This document shows positions 1 through 9,585 of a stretch of 32,000 nucleotides of DNA, piece after piece. Source of the DNA: Pyrococcus furiosus DSM 3638 (GTDB taxonomy: Archaea; Methanobacteriota_B; Thermococci; Thermococcales; Thermococcaceae); assembly GCF_000007305.1 (NCBI RefSeq), contig NC_003413.1:707318-739317 (forward strand), given 5' to 3'. Within the stretch, counting starts at the first letter, position 1; each line of letters opens with the position of its first letter. Under the pieces are notes generated by a model. That model did no database searches, had not been told where the DNA came from, and worked only from the letters and a program-made list of their open reading frames with translations. The position numbers were made by a program, and so were the translations under genes.

Positions 1-423
1 GTATCCGTTGTCATAGGTGCCGACTGGAACCACTACTACGCCAACATGACGAGGTACTTCCCGATAGGCCAGATGAGCGAGAGGGCGAAAAACGCTATGG
101 ACGCGATGGAAGAAGCTTATGCCATCTCCGTCGAGAAAACGAGGCCCGGTGTGAGGTTTGCACAGGTGGAGCGGGAAATCCAGAAGCTCTACTCATCCAG
201 GGGGCTTGGGGAGTATTACATAACCGGCTACACCCACGGCGTCGGCCTTCTCATCGAAGAAGACCCGATAACGACCATAGTGGTTCCGCACAGGGCGATG
301 GAGGCCAAGGAGAACATGGTGCTGGCTATGGTTCACGCCCCGCTGATGATCCCCGAAGGGGCAGTAAAGAAGGAAGATACCTTCATACTGGGCAGAAAGC
401 TGGAGAACGTGACAAAGTATTAA
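1..423 (+). CDS. M24-family metallopeptidase (Xaa-Pro aminopeptidase/creatinase-like), C-terminal part; the 5' end lies outside the window
   Basis: Frame 1 is open from base 1 (VSVVIGADWNHYYANM...) into tracked ORF 46..423. YITGYTHGVGLLIEEDP and MVLAMVHAPLMIPEG resemble the metal-ligand segments of the pita-bread fold. Confidence 0.75.
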   Translation, partial: VSVVIGADWNHYYANMTRYFPIGQMSERAKNAMDAMEEAYAISVEKTRPGVRFAQVEREIQKLYSSRGLGEYYITGYTHGVGLLIEEDPITTIVVPHRAMEAKENMVLAMVHAPLMIPEGAVKKEDTFILGRKLENVTKY

Positions 424-437
424 AAAGGCCGGGAAAC

Positions 438-1253
438 TCAGAAACTTCCGCTTCCAAGGCCGCATATCTTCGCGAACGGACAGATAGAGCAGTCTTCCGT
501 GTACGGCTCCAACGGCGGCTCTCCTTTGACTGCTTTCGTTATTTCCTTGGCCTTCTCCATGTTCTCGTCGTCCCCCTCAAGGACGAGGGTCACGCTCCCT
601 TCGGCCCCTCCAGCGCCTCCAGCGGCTATCGGTATCGCTTCAACACCTGCAAGAATCCTGTAAGCTTCTACCTCCGTAACCGGGTGCGCGTGAGGTATCG
701 GGACGAGCGCAGCGTAGAGCCCGGTTCCCCAGTTGAAGGAATAAATCCCGGTCAGCTTTGCGCTCTCCTTGACAGGAGTGGGCACGAACTTCTCAAGGCT
801 TATGGGCGTTATCGTGAAGACTCCCTTGGTTATCGTCCAGCCGAAGGTTTTCCCTATCGTTCCTCCATCGGGAGCCGCCGCAAAAACAGCGACGTTCCAG
901 TTTATGTCTATCGCGTTGCCACCCTTGATGAAAACGTCTTCCGGCCCCATCTCCTTCAGGGCCTCAAGAGGCTCCCCTTCGAAGAGCTTTCCCTTGTAGA
1001 GAACGAGGTGCTTTGGCCAGGTTGTCTTTGGAGTAACGCACGTCCTCCCCTTGCTTATCGTCCCCACCGTCCACTTCTCTTTCTCTATCTTCTCACCAAG
1101 AAGCTCCTCTGCTATGTAGGCCGCAGTCGTTCCGGTCGCTATGTAGATGAAGCCGTTCTTGAGTGCCTTCTGAACCTCATCCATCGCGACAACGGCTTTG
1201 GCTATCAAACGTTTGCTCTCTGAAGGTGTCAGAGTAACGAGGGCCCTCTGCAT
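438..1253 (-). CDS. Conserved hypothetical protein, function unknown
   Basis: Long ORF 438..1262. GAGGTGAT lies 4 nt upstream of the internal ATG at 1253, so MQRALV... is the likely start. I recognise no diagnostic motif. The C-terminus has a CSICPFAKIC pair. Confidence 0.55.
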   Translation of the reverse strand: MQRALVTLTPSESKRLIAKAVVAMDEVQKALKNGFIYIATGTTAAYIAEELLGEKIEKEKWTVGTISKGRTCVTPKTTWPKHLVLYKGKLFEGEPLEALKEMGPEDVFIKGGNAIDINWNVAVFAAAPDGGTIGKTFGWTITKGVFTITPISLEKFVPTPVKESAKLTGIYSFNWGTGLYAALVPIPHAHPVTEVEAYRILAGVEAIPIAAGGAGGAEGSVTLVLEGDDENMEKAKEITKAVKGEPPLEPYTEDCSICPFAKICGLGSGSF

Positions 1254-1324
1254 GAGAATCACCTCGTTAAAATTTACCTCTCACTCTTATTAAAATTGTG
1301 AAAAAGGCGGAAAAAGCAGGGGCC

Positions 1325-1678
1325 TCAAAGCGATTCAATAGCGGCTTTAACGTCCTCAAGCGGCTCTTTGATGACCTCAACTATGTCGTCGGCAGTGTTT
1401 ATTGCGATGTAAGTTTCTCTACCCTTCTCGTATAGGAGCACTGGGCAGGGAGCGAAGGAGCCAATCTCGTACTCGACCTTGGTCATCTCGTAGAACTTCT
1501 TCGGGTTGCAGACATAGAGAATCTTGTAAGGTTCCATCTCAACGCCAAGCTTTGCCTTAACCACGTCGCTCGGCGTGAACTCAAGCACTACCTTATAGCC
1601 CTTCTCCTCAAGCCTTGCCTTAAGCTTCTCCTCGGCCTCCTTCAAGGACATTTCAACTTTTCTCCTGTACCTGAACAT
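1325..1678 (-). CDS. DUF302-family protein
   Basis: 117 aa. The YKILYVCNP and FAPCPVLLYE pattern is typical of DUF302. It is a paralogue of 15954..16328, with the same MF.Y.RK N-terminus. It lies 13 nt downstream of the DsbD-like gene. Confidence 0.65.
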   Translation of the reverse strand: MFRYRRKVEMSLKEAEEKLKARLEEKGYKVVLEFTPSDVVKAKLGVEMEPYKILYVCNPKKFYEMTKVEYEIGSFAPCPVLLYEKGRETYIAINTADDIVEVIKEPLEDVKAAIESL

Positions 1679-1691
1679 TCAACCACCCCCC

Positions 1692-3002
1692 TCAAAGTTT
1701 TGAGAGCGATTCGAAGAGCGCACTCCACAACTTCAGCGGCGTAATTTCGGTCAGCATGAGAATCCCAAGGACTATGAGGACAACGCCGAGGGTTACCTCC
1801 CACTTTGCACTCCTTGAAGCCCCCAGCGACAGCTTGTTAGAGAGGAACTTCCTGTTGACCCACTCTGCGAGATCTTTCGAGGATGTGAGGAGATAAACCG
1901 TGAGACCCATCCCGAGGCCGTACGTGCCCATAACCACGACTCCACTTAGGATGTCTCCACTAAGGGCCGCTGTGAGGACTGCAAAGCCCACGTAGGGAGC
2001 TATACATCCCAACCAAGTTGCCCCGAGGGCAGAGCCGAGGGCGAAGTCATAGATAAGGCCGCTCTTTTTTAAGACCCTGTCCGAGAGCGAGAAGCTCAAG
2101 ATGCGCTCAAGCCCTGTCCTGACGTCCTCGCTGATGAAGCTGAGGCCGACTACTATGAAGCCCGCTCCGCCGATTAGGTATAGCGCCCCCTGGATTCTCG
2201 AAGCATACTCCCCGAGACTACCAACGAGGGCACCGAGGAGGGCAAACGAAGCTACCATTCCCGTTACTATGGCCTCCACGCTCCTCTTTGCAAAGGTGAG
2301 CGAGAGCGTGCCCACGATTATAGGGAGGACGCAGGGAGAGAACACGCTCACGATTCCCGCGGAAAATATGGGAAGGAGAACGGCAAGACTCAGGTTTGTG
2401 TTGAGGTTCTCCTCCGAAGCTCCCTTTTCTGCCATCTCGCTTTGAGTGCCTGTACTCTCTGTAGGGCTTTGCAGATCGTCTCCTATAGCAGTCTTTACGA
2501 AAAATTCAAGGCCATCGGGGTTCAGCGCCCCAACGGCCACTCCCTTAAGAACCTTCGTCCCGTTAACAACTTTGAATATAACCATCGTTGGCGTTCCGGG
2601 AACCCCGACGCTGATCTCTTCCCCTGGCTTCTTGGGCGTGTAGTAGCCGAAGTTGTCTGGCTGAAGCACGATAACCTTATCCTCCACGCGGTAGCGGAGC
2701 GTCGTTATCTCCCTCCCCCTGTAAACGTCAACCGCCACCAAGTTCAGGCTTTTGAGAGCCTGTTTGGCCTTCTCCGTCGGGAAAACGCTCTCCTTCATAT
2801 AGCTACACGCGGGACAGCTCTCGGAGTGGTAGAAGATGAAGAAGTACTCTCCCTCGTGGGCGGATATCAGGGAATTGAGCTCTTCCTCGGTCGAAACGTC
2901 GTGGAACTTTAGCCCTCCGTAGGAGACCTCTCTCCCAGTAACGAGGCCTGCAAAGAGCAGTAAAACGATAAATGTTAGAAGCGCCCTCCTCACCCTGTTC
3001 AC
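1692..3002 (-). CDS. Thioredoxin-fold domain fused to a CcdA/DsbD-type thiol:disulfide electron-transfer membrane domain
   Basis: It has an N-terminal signal/anchor, then a CPAC redox motif (HSESCPACSYM). The C-terminal polytopic region carries the CcdA signature FSPCVLPIIVG. Confidence 0.8.
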   Translation of the reverse strand: MNRVRRALLTFIVLLLFAGLVTGREVSYGGLKFHDVSTEEELNSLISAHEGEYFFIFYHSESCPACSYMKESVFPTEKAKQALKSLNLVAVDVYRGREITTLRYRVEDKVIVLQPDNFGYYTPKKPGEEISVGVPGTPTMVIFKVVNGTKVLKGVAVGALNPDGLEFFVKTAIGDDLQSPTESTGTQSEMAEKGASEENLNTNLSLAVLLPIFSAGIVSVFSPCVLPIIVGTLSLTFAKRSVEAIVTGMVASFALLGALVGSLGEYASRIQGALYLIGGAGFIVVGLSFISEDVRTGLERILSFSLSDRVLKKSGLIYDFALGSALGATWLGCIAPYVGFAVLTAALSGDILSGVVVMGTYGLGMGLTVYLLTSSKDLAEWVNRKFLSNKLSLGASRSAKWEVTLGVVLIVLGILMLTEITPLKLWSALFESLSKL

Positions 3003-3054
3003 CTAAACTGCCTTTTCCCAGGGCTTAAAAAGGCTTTTTTTGAAGCGTTTTTCA

Positions 3055-3384
3055 TTAAAATGTCATCGGAACGTAGTCCTTCTCAAGGTATTTTGCTATG
3101 ATTTTTCCGACGTACTCTATTTTGGCATATCTCTGCAGAGAAACCTCAAACCCCTCAAGCTCTGCGATTCTCTTGCAGGCTATCGGGAATTTTCCAAGCT
3201 CTTTAAGCTTCTCAATCCATGGAAGGAAGCGCTCATCCCCATTAGCTATCGCTCTCTCTATAGGACCGAAGAGTATAACCTCAACATCTTCAACCCATCT
3301 GTGCTTAATTGCATTCACTGCCCACATGAAGCCCGGTAAGGCACTCTCGTTGTCGCTTGATATTATAACCAATACTTTGACCAT
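3055..3384 (-). CDS. DsrE/DsrF-like (sulfur-relay fold) protein
   Basis: 109 aa. The MVKVLVIISSD... beta-alpha start and the size are typical of the DsrE-like family. It sits 2 nt after the upstream small Cys protein. Confidence 0.55.
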   Translation of the reverse strand: MVKVLVIISSDNESALPGFMWAVNAIKHRWVEDVEVILFGPIERAIANGDERFLPWIEKLKELGKFPIACKRIAELEGFEVSLQRYAKIEYVGKIIAKYLEKDYVPMTF

Positions 3385-3386
3385 CT

Positions 3387-3593
3387 TTACTCCTCCAGGG
3401 CCTTTATCAACTCCTCGAAGCTCCCGACAGATATCTCCTTTTCTCCCGCTATGACGTTTATATTACCACAACCGTACTTTGCGCAGAGTCCTATGCACTC
3501 CTCAATGCTTACCTTGTATCCCTTCTCTTTGAGGAGCTTCACAACGTCATCGAGTCTCTCTCCGGCGCAAAACTTGCACACCTTAGCCTCCAT
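3387..3593 (-). CDS. Small cysteine-rich protein, DUF1450 (YuzB)-like
   Basis: GGTGAT lies 4 nt before the ATG at 3593. The CKFC...ECIGLC...GCG pattern with C-terminal EELIKALEE resembles DUF1450. Confidence 0.45.
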   Translation of the reverse strand: MEAKVCKFCAGERLDDVVKLLKEKGYKVSIEECIGLCAKYGCGNINVIAGEKEISVGSFEELIKALEE

Positions 3594-3750
3594 TAGTATC
3601 ACCAATCTGTGCTTAATGAAGCAGACTTATGGCTCTTATCCTTTTCAAAATGGAAAAATTCTCCTGGGAAAGCTTGACACTCCTGCTCCATGTAAGGTCC
3701 TCCAAGAACTTTTTAAGACAAATCAGTGGAAAATAATTCTGGTGATACCC

Positions 3751-4134
3751 GTGCCGATGGTGATAATTGAGGGCCCAAAGGCAGATGTTGAGACAAAGAG
3801 GGAGCTCGTAAGGAGGATAACCGAGGTTGTTAGAGAAGTCTACAAGGTCCACCACGTGAGCGTCATAATCCATGAGAACGAGACGGAAAACGTTGGCTAC
3901 GATGGCGAGCTTCTCTCAGACATAATAGCGAGGAGAAGGGGGGTAAGCCCCTTCCCTTTACCTTTTACCCCCTGTAGCGGAGGTTTTCTTCAAAGCGCTT
4001 ATCCTCATCCGACCCCACAGGAATCCAACGATAGCAGCAACCATGTTTCCAATTACTATTCCAATCCACACTCCCCTGAGGCCCAGGGTCGTGTAGTGGA
4101 CGAAGATGTAGGCAAAGCCTACCTGCATCACTAG
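3751..4134 (+). CDS. 4-oxalocrotonate tautomerase-family protein whose reading frame runs on past the expected stop
   Basis: GGTGAT lies 4 nt before the GTG at 3751, giving M-P-MVIIEGPKADVETKRELVRRITEVVREV. Pro-1 after Met removal is the tautomerase hallmark. The recognisable domain ends near 3942. The frame then continues 64 codons antisense to the MATE gene. Confidence 0.6.
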   Translation: MPMVIIEGPKADVETKRELVRRITEVVREVYKVHHVSVIIHENETENVGYDGELLSDIIARRRGVSPFPLPFTPCSGGFLQSAYPHPTPQESNDSSNHVSNYYSNPHSPEAQGRVVDEDVGKAYLHH

Positions 4135-5343
4135 CGTCCTGAATATTGTGAGGATTAGGGACTTCTCGCCCTCCCCTATGCCCTGGAACATCGCCGAAGT
4201 CATCATTCCGAAGGGCGTGAGGACGAGAAAGACCGGGAGGGTTCTTAGAGCGCTTATGAGATCTCCCTTTATCACCTGGGCAGATTCCGAGTACGTGAAG
4301 AGGTATGCCACCTGGGGCGCGAAGAGCATTATGAATGCAACAACGGCAAGCTCTATCATGAAGGCGATCTTGATGGCATAGAGATAGGCAGTTTCAAGCT
4401 TCTCTACGTTTCTCTCCCCGTAGGCCGCTCCAGTGACGGATGTGGTCGCGGCCGCCATTCCGAGTATTGGAACTATGCCGAGCATCGTGATTCTCCACGC
4501 GCTCGTGAAGACTGCAACTCCGTTCTCCCCTCCAGCAGTTATGGCGACGCTGTTGAGGAAGAACATCGCTATGGACATCGAGAGCTGGGAGAGCGAGGAA
4601 GGCAGGCCAACCCGGAGGATGTCCTTTAGGATCTCCCTACTCGGTGAGAAGTCTCTAAGGGTTATGTCCACGTAGGTGTCCCGTTTTACGAAGAGCCAGT
4701 AGGCGATGAAGAGAGAGGTCACCACCATGGAGAGCAGCGTCGCGTAGGCCGCTCCGACGACGCCAAAGCCGAGGGTGTAGATAAATATCGGGTCAAGGAC
4801 TATGTTGAGGCCCGAGCCGAGCACCATAGCTAACATGGCCCTGTTGGCGTCTCCCTCTCCCCTAAGGATGCCGTTGCCGACGTTGTTGAAGACTATGATG
4901 AACGCCCCGGCAAGGAGAACCCTAGCATACTCTATGGCCAGCTCGACGGCTTCTCCTTTTGCGCCCATGGAGCGGAAGAGGGAATCTATAGCCGGGAGCA
5001 TTGTGATAGTTATCGTAACTCCAAGGATGAGGGAGAGGATGAGGGAATGGACGGCAACGTTGTCAGCTCCTTCCTTGTCCCTCGCGCCTATCCTTCTCGC
5101 TATCGCGGAGCTCGTGCCCACTCCCAGGCCGGCAGCGAGCGCTATTATGCCCATGAAGACCGGGAAGAAGAGGCCGACAGCCGCAAGCGATTCCGGGCCT
5201 AGGCCCGAGACCCATATTCCATCGGCGAGGTTGTATAGGGTCTGAACCGACATGCCTATCATCATGGGAATCGAGAGCCTGACTATGGCCTTTTTGGGGT
5301 CGCCCCTCAAAAGCTGGACGCCCTTGGTGGTTTTTTCACTCAT
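3958..5343 (-). CDS. MATE-family multidrug/efflux transporter
   Basis: 461 aa and about 12 TM segments. The N-terminus KAIVRLSIPMMIGMSVQTLYNLADGIWV is typical of the MATE/NorM family. Confidence 0.9.
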   Translation of the reverse strand: MSEKTTKGVQLLRGDPKKAIVRLSIPMMIGMSVQTLYNLADGIWVSGLGPESLAAVGLFFPVFMGIIALAAGLGVGTSSAIARRIGARDKEGADNVAVHSLILSLILGVTITITMLPAIDSLFRSMGAKGEAVELAIEYARVLLAGAFIIVFNNVGNGILRGEGDANRAMLAMVLGSGLNIVLDPIFIYTLGFGVVGAAYATLLSMVVTSLFIAYWLFVKRDTYVDITLRDFSPSREILKDILRVGLPSSLSQLSMSIAMFFLNSVAITAGGENGVAVFTSAWRITMLGIVPILGMAAATTSVTGAAYGERNVEKLETAYLYAIKIAFMIELAVVAFIMLFAPQVAYLFTYSESAQVIKGDLISALRTLPVFLVLTPFGMMTSAMFQGIGEGEKSLILTIFRTLVMQVGFAYIFVHYTTLGLRGVWIGIVIGNMVAAIVGFLWGRMRISALKKTSATGGKR

Positions 5344-5382
5344 TCTTCTCCCCCAGTCCTTTTATGGCCTTTCTCAGTAGCT

Positions 5383-5753
5383 TTACAAAACAATCCTTTC
5401 ATCTACACTCATTTCGGCGAAAATCTTTTCATCAAGCTCCTTTCCAGCCTTTGATATTTCTTCGAGCAACTCAAGGCCTTTATTTGTGAGCCTTACCAGG
5501 TAGGTCTTCCCCCTGCGCTCCCTCTCAACAATACCTTTATTTTCAAGAGAGCGGAGAACCTTTGAGGCGGTCGCTTTGGAGACCTTCATGTTTTTTAAAA
5601 GCTACGCCCTGGGTTTTAGCCCTCTCCGAGGTGGATAAGGGCCTTAAACTCCAGGAAGGTTATCCCGATTTTTTCAAGCCTCCCTTCGAAGGCTTTTCGC
5701 ATGAGCCAGTAGAGCTCCGAAATCAGGTCGCAGGGTCTTTCGCTTTTCTGCAT
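5383..5753 (-). pseudogene. MarR-family winged-helix regulator, disrupted by a frameshift plus an in-frame TAG
   Basis: The N-terminal piece (MQKSERPCDLISELYWLMRKAFEGRLEKIGITFLEFKALIHLGEG) stops at 5616. The recognition helix and wing (VSKATASKVLRSLENKGIVERERRGKTYLVRLT) are in the -1 frame. That frame carries a TAG between the two pieces (LKPRA*LLKNMKVSK). Confidence 0.7.
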
Positions 5754-5856
5754 GAGTTTCAATTGAAACCCATGACTTAAAAGTGTTTCTCCAAAGTCCT
5801 CCGCCAGGCTTATAAACCAGTTCTTACACAGGCGCTTCGGTGGTGCAGGAAAGCTC

Positions 5857-6924
5857 ACGGAACTGGTCAGGCGTGAATGGTTTCTCTCACTCCTTGTAGC
5901 CCTTTATGTTGCCCTCTCTATAGTCGATCCCTCCCTCATATCGAACACGCCGCGCTTTATTGACTGGGAAAGCCTGACCTTCATAATGGTCCTCCTCCTC
6001 ACGAGCCGGGCCATTGAGCTCTCGGGAGCTTTCGAATGGGCATCCCTGAAGGCCCTGAAGTTCCCAGGCGGTTCGGAGAGAAGACTTCTCGCACTCTTCA
6101 TCCTCGTAATAGCAGTTTCGTCGGCCATCATAATGAACGACACCGCGATGTTCGTCTTCGTACCGATAGTAGCCATGACGGCGAGGGCCGCAGGGGTGAA
6201 CGTTGCCAAGGCCACAGCCCTCTCAGCCGGTTCCCCCTTACTCCCATGGGCAATCCCCAGAACGTCATCATCTGGCAGACTTACAAACTCGGATTTTTCG
6301 AGTTTGTGTCCTCGATGGCCCCCCCTTCGTGGCTCTCTGGCTGGCTCTTCTCTTACCCTACGTTCTCATAGTCAAAAAGAGGCCCTAAGAAGCCCGCGAG
6401 GAACTCACGATGCACGTCGATAAACCCCTCCCTGCCCTCTCAACGGATCTCCTCGTCCTCAACGTCCTCTTTGCGGAGCTCCACATACAGTACGTGGGAC
6501 TTGCCCTCACGCTAACCTTGGTTTTCCTCTTCGGAAGAAGAGCTTTCTTTGGCTTCGACTGGGCGCTGATACTCACGTTTGCTCTCATCTTCGTGGACTT
6601 CCGGGAACTGTCCATCCTGCTTTCAAAGGTAGGCATCCTTCTCCCGAGGAAAGGAGTGGAGCTCATGCTCTTCTCAGCGGGCATAAGTCAGGTTATCAGC
6701 AACGTTCCGGCCACGGTTCTCCTGCTTCCCTCCGAGCATGAATGGCTCCCCTCTCCCTTGGCGTTAACCTCGGGGGAAACGGAATAATAGTGGGCTCGCT
6801 CGCGAACCTGATAGCCGTGAGGATTGCAGGGGTGAGTATAAAGGACTTTCAGAGGTACTCTCTCCCCTACTTTTTCTTGTCCACGGCAGCAACCGCCGTT
6901 GCTCTTATCCTCATCCCCTTTTGA
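5857..6924 (+). pseudogene. ArsB/NhaD-superfamily anion permease, multiply frameshifted
   Basis: Homologous pieces run in frame 1 (ELVRREWFLSLLVALY...NVAKATAL), frame 3 (LTPMGNPQNVIIWQTYKLGFFEFV), frame 2 (VALWLALLLPYVLIVKKRP, then TAA at 6386), frame 2 again (to 6787) and frame 1 (NLGGNGIIVGSLANLIAVR...ILIPF). Confidence 0.75.
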
Positions 6925-7032
6925 GGGGCCAGCAATCAAAAGCATCGAGATCAAGTCGGGGATTTGCCTTTCAGTATGCGTGATCTTGAGAAAACCCTAT
7001 TAACCCTGCCGGTGAAATTAAAAGGGGATATT

Positions 7033-7497
7033 ATGAAAACGCTCGTCGTTTTCTATTCCCGAAGCGGGACCACTAAGAGAGTGGCTCAAGAGCTCGCGAA
7101 AGCCCTTGGTGCCGACATCGATGAGGTTATAGACAAGAAGTCCCGTAAAGGCATCCTGGGATTTCTTAGAGCTGGTTATGATGCTACGAGAGGCAGGACT
7201 ACTAGAATTGAGTTCACAAAAGATCTCTCAGAATATGACGTGGTTATTATAGGGACTCCGGTATGGAACGGACGAGTAACACCGGCAATTAGGACATATC
7301 TTCTGGAGAATAGAGAAAATATAAAACAAGCTATTTTCTTCGCAACATGTGCTGGGAGACCTGGGAAATGTCTTAAACAGATGGAAGAGATATATGGGGG
7401 CAAAGTCCTCTTAAGGAAGGTCCTCCTAAGAAAAGAACTAGAAAAAGGAATAGAAGAGTTGAAGAGGAATATTGAAAATCCTTATCTTTTGTTGTGA
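7033..7497 (+). CDS. Flavodoxin-family protein
   Basis: MKTLVVFYSRSGTTKRVA matches an FMN phosphate-binding loop, with VVIIGTPVW downstream. A purine-rich stretch precedes the ATG at 7033, so the upstream part of the tracked ORF is probably not coding. Confidence 0.75.
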   Translation: MKTLVVFYSRSGTTKRVAQELAKALGADIDEVIDKKSRKGILGFLRAGYDATRGRTTRIEFTKDLSEYDVVIIGTPVWNGRVTPAIRTYLLENRENIKQAIFFATCAGRPGKCLKQMEEIYGGKVLLRKVLLRKELEKGIEELKRNIENPYLLL

Positions 7498-7763
7498 TTA
7501 AGCCAATTAAGCCCCAGGAGATTATTGCAGTTGTTGATAGGACTATGGCCACAATTTGTCTACTACTCAGTAGCTTTCCGGAGAATGTTTTCAAGCAAGT
7601 CCTTTTCTTTTGTATCTTTCTCCTCCTTCCGAAGAAGGGGGTTCAAAAATATTAACAAAGAAATCAAAATCAGGTGTCCCAACTTCCGTGTTCATATATT
7701 TTCCTTCCCTATGGACCGTCTATACTTCAGACAAAGTAAAGAAGACTCAAAAGTACAGGATTC

Positions 7764-8300
7764 TCATTTGAATCTTTTTCCGAACTCATTATAACTTACT
7801 TTCTCCCACTCAAAGACTTCATTCCCATGAGGTGGCTTATCCTCTGCTGGATAACCTACTCCAATTATACACAGTACTCGGTAGTTTTCGGGAATGTTCA
7901 ACAGTTCCCTTACATACTCTTCAGCCGTTTTGGTTTCATTGTGCATTCTATTCCTTATCTGAACCCAAAAAGAGGCAAGGCCTAGAGCATAAGAAGCTAG
8001 GTGAATATGTTCTGCTGCAATACTTGCATCCTCAATCCACACATCACTTTTGCTCTCATCAGCTGTAACAACTATTGCTACAGGGGCAGTTTTTAGTCCT
8101 GAAGCTCCAAGTTTAGATTTAGACAGGGCCTCAAGCTTTTCCCTGTCATCAACAACTATGAAGTGGCAAGGTCTTTTATTGTAAGAGCTTGGAGAGAGGA
8201 AAGCCGCCTCAAGGAGTTTTTCTATAAGTTCTCTTGGTACAGGTTTATCTTGAAAGCGTCTTATGCTCCGCCTCTTTTTGAGTACTTCAAAGAACTCCAT
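7764..8300 (-). CDS. Nitroreductase-family oxidoreductase
   Basis: MEFFEVLKKRRSIRRFQDKPV is the classic nitroreductase N-terminal motif. GGTGGTGA lies just upstream of the ATG at 8300. Confidence 0.85.
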   Translation of the reverse strand: MEFFEVLKKRRSIRRFQDKPVPRELIEKLLEAAFLSPSSYNKRPCHFIVVDDREKLEALSKSKLGASGLKTAPVAIVVTADESKSDVWIEDASIAAEHIHLASYALGLASFWVQIRNRMHNETKTAEEYVRELLNIPENYRVLCIIGVGYPAEDKPPHGNEVFEWEKVSYNEFGKRFK

Positions 8301-8361
8301 CTTCACCACCGCTAAGATTTATAGCATAACGATTATAAGACTTTTTGAGAACCGATAGACT

Positions 8362-9198
8362 ATGATAGGGTGGATTGGTCTAGGACACATAGGTAGAGCC
8401 ATGGCGGAGAGGTTATCAGAGGAGTATGAACTTCTTGTTTGGAATAGAACAATAGAGAAAGCTAACGGATTCAAAACTGTCGCTAGAACCCCAGAAGAAG
8501 TTGCTGAAAAATGTGATGTGATTTTTCTCTCCCTCTACGACAGCGAGGCAGTGCGGCAAGTTTCCGAGAGACTTCTTAGTGTTAATCTTAGAGGAAAGAT
8601 AATCGTAGATACTACAACGAACCATCACGAGAAAGTCTTGGAGTTCCATGAAATATATAGGAACGTTGGAGCTTTCTACCTCGAAAGCCCTGTTATTGGG
8701 AGCGTCATTCCGGCGAGAAACGGCCAACTGACGATTCTCGTAAGTGGGGAAAGAGAGGCCTTTGAGAGAGTTCGTCCATACCTTCAGAAGCTTGGAAAAA
8801 GGATATTTTACTTTAATGAACCTGGGAAGGCTACTAAGCTTAAGCTAATAAACAACTTTGTGCTTGGAGCCTTCATGGCTGCACTCGGTGAGGCGATAGC
8901 TCTAGGTGAAAAAGCAGGACTATCAAGGGAAGAAATTATAGAAATCCTTGAGAATGGGGCTGGCAATTCAATGGTATTGAGTGCAAAAAAGACTAAGCTT
9001 CTCAATGATGACTACTCGACGCACTTCTCCGTGAAGAACCTCGTCAAGGATCTTTCTTACGCTTACGACTTAGCTGTGGCCTCGAGAAAAGCAGTACCAC
9101 TTAATGCAACGGTGAGGGAGATTTACAGGCTTGCTTTTGAGAAAGGTCTTGAGGAGCTCGACTTTTCGGTGGTGTACAGGCTATTCAGGGAGCTTTAA
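8362..9198 (+). CDS. NAD(P)-dependent beta-hydroxyacid dehydrogenase (3-hydroxyisobutyrate/6-phosphogluconate dehydrogenase-like)
   Basis: It has the IGWIGLGHIGRAMA Rossmann GxGxxG motif, a central GKATKLKLINN segment, and a typical length of 278 aa. Confidence 0.85.
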   Translation: MIGWIGLGHIGRAMAERLSEEYELLVWNRTIEKANGFKTVARTPEEVAEKCDVIFLSLYDSEAVRQVSERLLSVNLRGKIIVDTTTNHHEKVLEFHEIYRNVGAFYLESPVIGSVIPARNGQLTILVSGEREAFERVRPYLQKLGKRIFYFNEPGKATKLKLINNFVLGAFMAALGEAIALGEKAGLSREEIIEILENGAGNSMVLSAKKTKLLNDDYSTHFSVKNLVKDLSYAYDLAVASRKAVPLNATVREIYRLAFEKGLEELDFSVVYRLFREL

Positions 9199-9585
9199 TC
9201 TCCTTTCATATTTTTAAATAAATAACGTAGAGGGACTAGTATTCTTGGAGGTTAAGAAGTTTATTTCCTCCGTAAACTAGAAAATTGATTCAAAAGACCT
9301 AGAAATTTTAGGGTAGAGAGTGATCTCATGGATGAGTGCAACTTCAGGATACATAAGAGTGTCCCTGTGGCGATGAAGATTGGAAAGTATAACTTCCCGG
9401 AAGAAGTGAGAGATATATGACTCCCTCTGCCAGCTCCTCGACCTTATCTGGAGTTCTTTGACTCAAGCTCGAGCCTGCTAGATAAATGGTATCATGCAGA
9501 AAGGTTTATTGGGACTGTTGTCTCTATGGCAAGAAGGGTTACAGCTGTCCCGCTCCGGTTATTTCTAGGGGTTGGGGGTGAGTAG

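Noticed and set aside
684-1223. Plus-strand ORFs (179 aa and 76 aa) inside 438..1262
   Set aside because: They are antisense shadows of a longer ORF in GC-rich DNA, with Arg/Pro/Ser-rich low-complexity translations and no start context.
2101-2912. Three plus-strand ORFs opposite the DsbD-like gene
   Set aside because: They are antisense shadows. The minus-strand product has clear CPAC and CcdA motifs, while these have none.
3613-3873. Minus-strand 86-aa ORF opposite the tautomerase gene and its promoter
   Set aside because: It overlaps a gene with a strong SD and start context and a family match. Its own translation shows no motif.
4148-5245. Several plus-strand ORFs (77-147 aa) inside the MATE gene
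   Set aside because: They are antisense frames of a well-supported 461-aa transporter gene.
7408-7440. Tandem KVLLR KVLLR duplication at the flavodoxin C-terminus
   Set aside because: It is a real 15-nt imperfect tandem repeat. It is in frame, tiny, and has no evident consequence, so I did not report it as a finding.
7373-7794. Minus-strand 73-aa ORF and plus-strand 89-aa ORF between the flavodoxin and nitroreductase genes
   Set aside because: The first overlaps the flavodoxin 3' end by about 125 nt. The second overlaps the nitroreductase 3' end and is Ser/Phe-rich low complexity. Neither has a convincing start context. The region may hold debris, but I cannot support a gene there.
9199-9585. 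387-bp spacer with a 30-aa ORF (9328..9420) and a start-less open frame of about 70 codons on the minus strand
   Set aside because: There is no Shine-Dalgarno motif and no recognisable family. The open frames are too short to separate from chance.
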